Below are positions 53,901 to 64,000 of a stretch of 64,000 bases of DNA, piece by piece. Numbering within the stretch: the first letter of the stretch is position 1; each line of letters opens with the position of its first letter. Where the stretch lies: contig OZ176052.1 in NCBI GenBank assembly GCA_964247055.1, forward strand, positions 4,154,001 to 4,218,000, given 5' to 3'. The notes beneath the pieces are model-generated. The model was not told the origin of the DNA and searched no databases. It saw only the letters and a list, made by a program, of their open reading frames with translations. Both the position numbers and the translations under genes were made by a program. This DNA comes from Paragordius varius (Eukaryota; Animalia; Nematomorpha).

Positions 53901-56900
53901 ATTACAATTTTAATTTTAATAATTTTATTTGGGGAAATAAATAAAACCGATTTATATATTCAATAATCTCCATAGATCTCATTCATTAAAAAAATTTTAA
54001 AGCTTCTAAATTTTGCTTAGTCTGATCTAGCATTAAGAGCATCATTAATCAACACAATTTTTTTTAAATGTTGATATCTCTTTTCCACAAACATTTTAAT
54101 TCGTGTTGGATATAGGGAGACGCAGGATCACCTGGAAGAGATGGTTTCCCAGGTTTATCTGGTCTCCCCGGTATGCCGGGCGCTAAAGGCGATCCAGGTT
54201 ATGCCATTGGTGACAGCCCAGGAATGGCCGGAGAACCCGGAAACCCTGGATTACCTGGGCTCGATGGGATGGCTGATGCACCTGGAGAACCAGGTAATTA
54301 TTGAAAATGTATTAAAAAATATAATTTTGTCAGAGGCTCTATTAAAATAATATCGTTTCATAGAGAAGTCACGATTTCTTATTGATTAAAACAAGCATAT
54401 TAATTGCTTGTACTGAGTTTGTATAAAAAATGCTTTTTTTAAAAAAAATATCTTACCATTATTGAAAATAATGAATAAACAATAAGTAATAAAAGGTTTC
54501 TTACATCTAAAATTTAATGTTGTATTAAAAAAGCCGAATTGGAAACTGATTTTGAAACGAGTCGGACCATTTTTAACCAGTCAAAAATTGATCCTAAGTT
54601 TTTACATTTTTTACCACTGTATAACATGAATATGAAAATGGAAAATAAAATGTAATGAAATGATATATTCGTTTTTTGCAGGGGAATTAATTGGCCGCGG
54701 ATTCCCAGGAATGCCAGGTCTTAAAGGTTTGCGAGGGGATGACGGTTTACCAGGACTCCCCGGCCTGCCGGGAGCAGATGGTCATCCAGGTTTAGATGGA
54801 CTCCCTGGGCCCCAAGGTAATCCTGGAGCTGACGCCATACCCAATATTGTCAAAAGGTATGCATTTTACCTTTATTTTTCAAGCTTATGTTGCCATAAAA
54901 AATGGTAGAATTTATTGTATGCTAAAAGTAGTGTGTCATATACATCATCCGTCAAACGTATATTTTGGATTACTAATAAAAAATACTATCGGAAGCATTT
55001 ACCAATTAACGGGCTAAGGAGTTCCCTGTGGTTTAATTCAAATGCTATAGATTATAATGGATATAATTCTCGTTTCTTTATCATATACACAAAAGTTTAT
55101 TCATGCTTTAACAATTTTAAATATCTGCCTAACCCATATTTATTTTTTGATAAACAGGTTTACCTGGACCAACTGGCCTTGACGGTTTCCCTGGCTTAAA
55201 CGGAGCCAATGGCGAAAGAGGGACACCTTGACTTCCAGGTCTTCGAGGATTCAAAGGTAATCCATTTTACCAACAATTTTTTCACTCCATTTAAGGTTGG
55301 ATACAGAGTTATAAAATGAACATTAATATCTGAATAACTTTCCCTATTTATTCGATTTATAAATTTCGATATTTCTGGTTTTAAGGTGAATTGGGAGATC
55401 CTGGTATAGCGAGTTCGGTACAACCCCAACCCGGTTTACCCGGATTTAATGGGTTAAGGGTGAACAAGGAGATCCAGGATATTCCGGATTAGACGGTATG
55501 ATTATTATATTTTTATGATTAGTCAATTTTGAATTATTTTGCCTAACAAAATTTTTGAGAGTTTGCAGTACTAATTTATATTTCTAGGGTTACCTGGAAT
55601 GCCTGGACTCCCTGGTGAAAGGGGATTCCCTGGACTGGCTGGCAAACCAGGTCTGCCCGGTGCACCTGGTATAAAGGGTGATCGAGGTTTAGACGGGTAT
55701 GGTGAGCCCGGAGCTTCTGGCGGAAAGGGTCCAGATGGGTTAGCAGGTTTAAATGCCGAAAATAATATCATAATTTTTTTATATTGTAAAATAGTAAATA
55801 AACGCTTTCACTAACGCATTTTTATGAACAAATATTTTAAATAATAACTTCGTTATGCTTGTTAAATTAAATAGCTGTTAATTTCTTGCTAAATATTTTC
55901 ATAGTGTGTTTTTATGTTACTATCAAGGCTGTAAACATTGTAAAACCGAATTCGTTAATGAATATTTGTATATATAATTCAATTTTTTCAAATTACTAAA
56001 ATACTTTTATACACCAAGGTTTACCTGGTTTCCCTGGCGGATAAGGAGAACGCGGCTTGCCTGGACCCAACGGGCCACAAGGTGCCCCTGGAGATAATGG
56101 AAATCCTGGAGCACCTGGCATCGATGGCCTACCTGGTCTACCAGGTACCCCTGGCTTAGATGGTTTCCCAGGATTACCTGGTCTTGCAGGTATATTTAAC
56201 ATTTTTTCTTCATTTGACTGCTGGAAATATATTTTTGGAAATTAAAGCATGCCGCATACGTTATAAATGTATTAGGTTGAAATATAACCCTATTATGTGT
56301 ATATATATATATATATATGCTGTTTTTGATGCATATATATATATATATATGTGTGTGTCTTTATTTACATTTTGTAACATAATGGAACTTCTAGGTCAAA
56401 AGGGATTAGGAGATGGTGGTACCCCTGGAACTCCAGGTCGCCGTGGGAACGATGGATTGCCCGGACTTAACGGACCCCGAGGTGAAAACGGATATGATGG
56501 CCAACCTGGGTTACCAGGACTCCCCGGGTTAATGGGTAAAATCTTTATTAAATTAAATTTTTTTATATGGTTTTATATTCTACTTTCAAATTAATTTTTT
56601 GGTAATTATTTTTGTAAAAAATATTATTTATTATAATTTTTATATTTTTATGGTTGAAAGGAGACAGTGGTTATCAAGGGTTACCCGGTCCCGGAGCTCC
56701 AGGAAAAGCAGGAGCTCCCGGCCTCCCCGGGGAAGCAGGGTACCTGGATACCCAAGTGCAAAAGGAATAGCTGGAGCAAATGGTATTTTATCTAGTTTTA
56801 ATCTGATATCAATGGTTTAATTGCTTGCAAATAATGATTAATAAAATTTATGATTTCAAGCCCTGTTAGTATGCTAAACGTCAAAAAAAGGATTTATATT

Positions 56901-57249
56901 ATAATAAACCATATTTGAATCATAAATTTTGCTGAGATGATTTAATTTTTTATTGAAAATTAATCAACATTACTGCTTTTAAATGGAAAATGACATAACA
57001 TAGCGCAAATATTTGATTGTAGGTTCTCCCGGATACAATGGCGCGAAAGGTGAGAGAGGAGATTCCTTCCCAGGTGCCAATGGAATGGATGGGGCCCCTG
57101 GTCTTCCAGGTTTAGATGGAGCCCCTGGAGTCCCAGGAATGACTGGATTAATTGGAGATCCTGGTCCATCTGGGACACCTGGAGCTAGAGGCCCTGCTGT
57201 AAAATATTTATTCCATTTTTTATTAATTACATAGCTAATATTAATAAAT

Positions 57250-57397
57250 ATATGGTATAGTAGGTAGGCGCCGGACTCTCACGCTGAGGGCCTGAGTTCG
57301 AACCCCGAAACTACGCATTTTTTCCAACGTCACTGCCAGCCCTGGGCATGTCCGAATACGATTTAAGTTCTTACCCTTTAAAAAAAAGAAAAAAAGA
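57250..57397 (+). mobile_element. tRNA-derived SINE-like element or tRNA-Glu-like pseudogene in a collagen intron
   Basis: A-box-like tggtatagtaggtagg, loop ctctcac (CTC anticodon-like), B-box gagttcgaaccc, a short body and an A-rich tail (aaaaaaaagaaaaaaaga). Acceptor and anticodon stems pair poorly, so it is not a functional tRNA. Confidence 0.55.
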
Positions 57398-59255
57398 GAC
57401 GCTAAACTGTATATATTTTTTTATACAATTTTGGAATATTTAAAACCATACTATCCAACGTTAAAGTAACTGTACTGTAGCGTAATGCTAATTTTTTTTA
57501 TAAATCATAAGTGTTGAGGCACTAAAGTAATCATATCGTTGGTTTAGGGTGATAGTGGAATAAATGGAGCGCCAGGTATACCTGGGGAAGATGGTTTCTC
57601 AGGTCCAAAAGGCGAAGTTGGTGCTGAAGGATTGCCAGGGATACCGGGTGCAAAAGGCTCATCTGGAGATACTGGCATAGCTGGTACACCTGGCCGAAAA
57701 GGAGAATCAGGTCTGAATGGGATGCCAGGTCTTGACGGTTTCCCTGGCTTGATGGGCGAAAAGGGAGAAGCAGGATTACCGGGAATGCGTAAGTGTAATT
57801 TGATCCCGCTTCATTGTTAAAAATAGTATGCGCGTATTGAAATAATTTTTGTTTACATTTATATCCTTTTCTTGTGTGTGCAGCCGATTTTGTGGGTGGC
57901 CCACCCGGAGCCGATGGCTTACCTTGATTCCCAGGACTTACAGGAGGACCTGGACAGCGAAGTGACGACGGGTACCCTGGCCCCGGTGGGGCGAAAGGGG
58001 AATTCGGATCAGACGGCTATTCTGGAGCGTCAGGAAAAATGGGAGCTATGGGTCCGATGGGGCCTCCCGGGTCCCAAGGAAAGCCTGGTTTACCTGGTAT
58101 TCCTGGTTCCTCTGTAAATGCCCGGGAAATCCCGGTTTACCTGGAGCCGATGGTGCACCAGGCCTAAGAGGCAAAATAGGTATGTAAAAGCCTAATTTTA
58201 TTTTATGTCACAATATTAATTTTTTGGAAAAATATGACTTTTAAACGCGATAAGAGTGTTTGGTGACGGAATAATCATATATTATATTGTTCCTATTTAT
58301 TTCAGGTGATCCTGGATATGATGGTAAACCCGGTGCACCAGGGTTTGCATACGATGGTGCTCCCGGAACTCCAGGAACCCCTGGACCAGTAGGGGATTCT
58401 GGTTTCCCCGGTCTTCCTGGGGAAACAGGACCGCAAGGAGCTCCGGGAGATGATGGCCTTCCTGGACTAAGCGGACTTAAGGGTCCAGCCGGAGAGCCTG
58501 GATTGTAAACCGCTTCAGCACCAGGTTTAATTGGTACCCCAGGTATGACAATATAACATTTTTTTAAACCGAATAATTATTTATAGAAACTTTAGTGTCG
58601 TTATTTTACTATTTTTTTCACAATTCATATAAAATTACCTATATGATTACTATCTTATAGGCCAACCGGGATCCAATGGATATCCAGGTGATAGCGGTTT
58701 TCCGGGTAAATAAATCTCGTACGAATTATGCAATATAAACCCATCAATCTAATCAATTTTACCATGCCATATTTTACCATTAATATTATTATATAAACAA
58801 AAAAAGTTATTTATAATGATTAGTTAAATGAAAAATAATTTTTGGCTTGTGAAATATCATTTTGTTTCATTTGGATAATTTTTATAATAAATTTTATCTT
58901 CAAATACTATATATACCCTTTTTTGAATATAATTAGGGCGAAATATGCGATCCCAAATTAAAAGATATGCTAGTTTTTGTTTGTGACATTTAAACAATGC
59001 AGAATAGTAGAGATGCCCTTGTTGCAATGGCATAAAATATCTTAGCTTTGACTAATTCTTTCTTATTCTTGTAAATAGTAGCGATATTTCTTCAAAGGGG
59101 CCAAGTCAGGGCTGACTGTATTAAAAAATTGTGTATTATGTGTAGTGTGTTTTGTTACAGTCGAGGTCGACTTTTTCTAATTTTGTAAATAACCCTCCTC
59201 ATAGGTTGCAATATTTAGTTTTAGTCGAACCATTATTATTTCACATATTTATATA

Positions 59256-59838
59256 TTAACACTTGGATACAACACATTCATTTTAGTCCTTCGATTCAAA
59301 TTGGGGTAGTTGGATACCCCAGGCCTGTTTAAAATCAAATACTTTAAAAAGTATGGAAGCGATCGAAACCATGGCAAAATTTTGCACTTATATAACATTA
59401 ATAAACCGAAAAAAATTTTATTCAAAAATACTTGATATTACTTATTTTGAGCTAAAACTGAAAGGTAAAAATTTAGTCAACGTGACATGTGTCAAATTGT
59501 AAAATTAAAAAATAATACAAAATAAACCGCTTTTTCTATTTCTATCAATGTTAGATGTAATTTATATAAAAAATAAGCTTTAGTTTTACCCTTAAAATTA
59601 AATAAAGACGATATTTTGCAAAATTTTTGTAAAATAAAAATGGCGTCGAAGTAGTTTGAGATGTAACTTTTTTTTCAAAACAAAATTTTATCATGATATT
59701 TTGGCATATTTATATAATTTTTATCAGGATAGAGGCATAAATTTAAATTAAGACCGTTTCCTTCAGTAGTTTTTTATAAATTTTCATTTAAATTTAGTCT
59801 GGGGTATTTAGATACCCCAATTTGAATCGAAGTGTTAA
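59256..59838 (+). mobile_element. piggyBac-type MITE, copy 3
   Basis: TTAA-CACTTGGATAC ... GAATCGAAGTG-TTAA: TTAA on both sides, 11-bp TIR with 2 mismatches, asymmetric internal inverted repeat. Confidence 0.85.
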
Positions 59839-59894
59839 TGGTATGCACTTGACCGCAACGCTTAAATTGTAAAATGGAATATAAATATTTATGT

Positions 59895-61728
59895 CAGTGA
59901 TACTCAACCCGCGGCCCGCGGGCCGCATGCGGCCCTAAGAGGGCTTTAAAATTGCCCTATGATCATATTGAGACTTAAATTATTTTTTTATTGATGTAGA
60001 CATAAACAAATTTTCGCTTATTTTAATATTAATTTATTTTCTTTAAAATTAATTTTGTTTTATTTTTTACCCAATTTAAAATGTAGAAAAATTTCCCTAC
60101 ATTAAAATGATTTCAAAATTTTGGCATACGTTGTTTCTCTGTATTCTATTTTCTTTTCTATTTTGAAAGTTTTATTCCATTGTATTTAAGCAAGCCTTTC
60201 ACCCAAACTTCCATATACATATTCTTTTCATTGCTATCCTGCATCAATTTTAATAACTTATGCCCATAAAATATTTTTAACATCAAGATCATTAAATTTC
60301 GACCTGTTTTTTTATAGCATAATTCAAATTATATTCCTATTTTTTTGAAAAAAATTACATAATATTTAAATATAAATTCAAAGGATGACATCTAATGGTA
60401 AAAAACGTAATTATCCGATGAAAATCGTTCCTTTATAAAAGAATGGGAAGAAAATTTTTTTGTCGTTTTAAATAAAAATGTAGTTACCTGCCTCATATGT
60501 AAGGACAACATAATCAACGAGATATATTTAAAATTTTTACCAATGAAGAATACACGAAAGAAATCGATTTTCTCGAAATAATTAGAACTTTTTACGATAA
60601 TAATGGTATATCTATGAAATTGGTTTCGATCTGCACAGATGGGCGTCCCTCTATGATTGGAAGAAACAAAGAATTTATTCGTCTTTGAAAAAACAAAATA
60701 ATTTGCAAATATTTTTTATTTTCCCTGCTTTATTCATCAGCAAAACTTGGTTTGCGTGTAAAAGATGAATCACCCAATTCAGTAACTAAAACATAGTGAA
60801 TATAGTTAACCACATCCGTGGCAGAGAATTTAACCTCCGTTTAAAACAACTTCTGATTATTAGCCTGTCTTTGCGACATTACTAAAATACAAGTCTTCAA
60901 GGGAGCAAAATAATAACCCAATTTGCTATTTAGATTTTTGTTTTTGAAAAAAATTAATAATATATAAACAAGATTATATAAAGACACTCCCATATTTTCC
61001 AACACTTAAAACGATTCATGAAGAAAATAAGGAATTTACTGCGGAGATTAATTTAATAACAGACAATCATTTAACATTTCTATCTAATGAGTTCAAATTT
61101 CGAGAAAGAAATATTTAAAAATTTCTTATAACTCGTTGTCATGGTATATGGATATATCCAATAGTAAGCAACTTGAACATTTCGGTTTTGATCAGGCGCA
61201 TATCATAGAATTCATAGATTATAAAAATTATTCTAATTCGGAGTCAATATGCAAGGAAATCGTAGCGAAGAAAGATGTGGGTTTTGGCAAGATGTGCCAA
61301 ATAAATATGAAAATATAAAAAATGTGCTCAAGTTGTCCTAACTGTTTTTCCCTCAACTTACACGTGTGAGACGGCATATTCAAAAATGAAATATGTCAAG
61401 AAAACATACATAAATCGCTTAACCGAATCAAATGGACGACATGTTAAGATTGGCCTGTCATGAGGCGAAACCGAATTCGTCAAAAATTATTGGTTAATAT
61501 CGAAATAAATGTTATCAAAATATTTAAATTTTTTAAACTAAATGGTGCAAAACGCGTTTTTTTCTGGATTTACATGCGATTTGCAAAAAATTCATTGTGC
61601 TGATTTAGATTTAAATATGTGCATATGTGTCAAATAGCTATGGAATATTTGCCATATTCAGGTTCATGGCCCTCGAAAAAAAAATATATTTTATTTGGCC
61701 CGTCAAATTTTTTTGGGGAGTACCACTG
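59895..61728 (+). mobile_element. Degraded hAT DNA transposon (Charlie/SPIN/Buster-like) with intact ends and 8-bp TSD
   Basis: TIRs CAGTGATACTC and revcomp CAGTGGTACTC; perfect 8-bp TSD ATTTATGT at 59887-59894 and 61729-61736; subterminal gcggcccgcgggccgcatgcggccc. Transposase fragments about 60390-61470: ENRSFIKEWEENFF..CLICK, LVSICTDGRPSMIG, CFIHQQNL, STYTCETAYSKMKYVK, with many stops and frameshifts. Confidence 0.92.
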
Positions 61729-62975
61729 ATTTATGTCATGTGTTGAAATTTAATATATGATAATAATCTCTTTTCATCCTAAAAAATATTAATATGGTCC
61801 TCCATTTCCATACATTGGTGTTTAAAATTTACATTTAAAGATTTCGCCATCCTTCTCTACACATTGTTTTTGCAAATACTCTTAATAACCAAATTTTTAC
61901 AAATTGATGAGTAGTAACGATCTCAATGTAAATATAAAATAAATTAAATAAAAAACGATTACCCTCCTAAAGCAAAATTATATACAAAAGTTGTATTTAT
62001 TATTTTTCTAAGTGTTGTAATACAGCATGCCTCAATATATTATCAAATACCCTAAAAAAATTAATTTTTTGAGAATACATTATCTTAAAAATAATTTCTA
62101 AAGTAATAGAGCGGTAAAGAGGTACCCAACATTGAAAAAATTTAAACTAAATCTAATAAAAATTGCAAAAAATTTACTTTATAATATTTAAACATTCAAA
62201 TTTCGGCTGATAGACACACATCAATTAATTTAGTCACGTAACCTATTAATTTATTTTTATAATAAAATGAGAAAAAAAATCATCGCCTCAAACTTTTTAG
62301 CGGCCATTTTTTTTAGATTTTCAAAACTTTATTACATTTTCCTTTTTATTAACGATAGCATTTAGGGTAGTTGTTATATCCCAAGCCTTAATCTTGTGAC
62401 TATTGTTTTGAGAGTTGTTTTTGTTTAAAATTAAATATCAAACATTGTTCTCCTCTAATTAGATGAAAAAGCTAATATTGTTTACAGTTTTGTTACTTCT
62501 AAAACACATCTGAACTAAAGAGCTGATTTCAATTAAAAATAAGGTATATGTTGGTGAAATATAGCATGAAAGCTTTTAATTAATTATCATGTAATCATTA
62601 AGTACCTATTGTATCAGCGATTAAAAAAATTTAAAGACAAAAATGGAAGTTTGCGATGAAGTTTTTTTTACAATTTAACATTTTTTTAAAAATATTTTGC
62701 GAATGCATGCGCCTTAAAAAATATTTTATATTGGGCCTAATACCTTAAATACTTTTTAAGATATTAAAAAAGCGCACCGAGATATAAATCTATCCTAAAG
62801 GGTATTAAAGTGCTAATAGCTAATGAAACAGGTAAATGTATTATAAAAAATGCGTCTCTCATTATAAAGTTTTAAAGTGTTTTAGCAGCAAATTTTAATT
62901 CGTAGAACTTATAATCAGCTGCTGGTTTATTTTAGACTATACGAGTTAGAGAACTGTGACAAAGGCCCATTTTAT

Positions 62976-63538
62976 TTAACACTTCGATTCAAATTGGGGT
63001 ATCTAAATACCCCAGACTAAAATTAAAGGATTTTATGAAAACTACTGAAGGAAACGGTCCCAATTTATATGTATGCTTCTATCCTAATCAAAATTATGTA
63101 AATATGCCAAAATTATAAAATTTTGTTTTGAAAAAAAAGTTCCATATCAAATTACTTCGACGCCATTTTTATGCAAAATATCGTCTTCATTTAATTTTAA
63201 GGGTAAAATTAAAGCTTATTTTTTATTTAAATTACATTTAACATTTATAGAATTAAAAAAAGCCGTTTATTTGGTATTATTTTTCAATTTTACCATTGAA
63301 CACATGTCACGTTGACTAAATTTTTACTTTTTGGTTTTAGCTTAAAATAAGTAATATCAAGTATTTTTGAATAAATTTTTTTTATATTCCCGTTTATTAA
63401 TGTTATATAAGAAGTTTTGTCAAGGTTTTGATCTCTTCCATATTTTTTAAAGAATTTAATTTTAAACATGCCTGGGGAATTTAACTACCCCAATTTGAAT
63501 CAAAGGACTAAAATCAATGTGTTGTATCCAAGTGTTAA
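62976..63538 (-). mobile_element. piggyBac-type MITE, copy 4 (inverted relative to copy 3)
   Basis: TTAA-CACTTCGATTC ... GTATCCAAGTG-TTAA; its reverse complement is colinear with copy 3. Confidence 0.85.
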
Positions 63539-64000
63539 TACAGGTGATGTTTGTTAATTAAATTTTAAACAAAAAATTTAAAAATATGTTACTTTAAGTT
63601 TTGGGGTAATATAATAATGGTCCAAACAAAATAACATGATAAAGTAATTATTTTATAGCCAAGAATAAGTCTTTTAATATCACATTTATTAAAAAATATT
63701 AATGATAAAACAGTTAAATTTAAATCTTTTAAAAAGTATGAATTTATGTGTAGCTAAAATTACTTTGTTAAAATTTTTGTTTTAGATATTAGCGTCAAAT
63801 TTATATATTTTCGCATATGAGCGCACCGGACTTTTCAGTTTAAAATAAGGTCCATGAAGCCATCTAAGGTACTCTCTGGCACTCATATATATTACAAATT
63901 TTCATAGCGCAATCTCGACATTTTTGCGTTTATAGAAGAACAAAAGTTTCAAACTTTCATATCCCACATCTTATATATAAATATTGATTTGCTTTCTATC

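Larger units (their letters stand above)
49117..58705 (+). pseudogene. Type IV collagen (alpha2-like chain) unprocessed pseudogene, 28 recognisable exons, about 4.06 kb exonic
   Basis: 7S motifs CRGRDCTNSRCSCIGEKGSR and DGCNGTD, followed by interrupted Gly-X-Y exons: 49117-49209, 49548-49682, 49831-49938, 50412-50573, 50705-50844, 50955-51122, 51226-51288, 51364-51408, 51585-about 51700, 52089-52295, 52553-52729, 52970-53092, 53260-53417, 53550-53640, 53745-53866, 54116-54293, 54682-54856, 55158-55256, 55386-55495, 55588-55746, 56019-56189, 56395-56535, 56661-56782, 57023-57198, 57548-57788, 57884-58179, 58306-58542, 58661-58705. In-register stops at 50803, 52615, 53628, 55229, 56042, 57925 and 58506; about 9 frameshifts. 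No signal-peptide exon or NC1 domain found in the window. Confidence 0.9.

Noticed and set aside
50860-57178. Antisense and shifted-frame ORFs over collagen exons
   Set aside because: By-products of GC-rich Gly-Pro codons; no independent gene structure.
50803-57927. TGA recoded as glycine, or stop readthrough/editing rescuing the collagen
   Set aside because: The four TGAs at Gly positions are single G-to-T changes from GGA, accompanied by TAA stops, about 9 frameshifts and many other Gly losses. The four intact genes contain no in-frame TGA or TAA.

Overview
AT-rich eukaryotic (metazoan, probably invertebrate) nuclear DNA; species not determinable from the window. 1-17.3 kb is a tandem satellite of about 105 monomers (165/164 bp core, 169 bp at both edges) with nested higher-order repeats. 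The rest holds four intact spliced genes that I reconstructed by hand: SSRP1 (FACT subunit, 14 exons, - strand), mitochondrial ribosomal protein S2 (4 exons, - strand) and two paralogous, tail-to-tail, atypical rhodopsin-class GPCRs (2 exons each). A 28-exon type IV collagen (alpha2-like) unprocessed pseudogene with many stops, frameshifts and Gly substitutions occupies 49.1-58.7 kb. TE debris includes a TTAA-flanked piggyBac-type MITE family (4 copies), a hAT (Charlie/SPIN-like) fossil with a perfect 8-bp TSD, a mariner fossil and a tRNA-derived SINE-like element. Most notable: 22-nt and 28-nt GT-AG introns required for the SSRP1 frame, tandem amplification of an SSRP1 exon end plus 5' splice site inside its own intron, the decayed collagen IV, and the layered satellite. 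All coordinates were read by hand; no searches were run.
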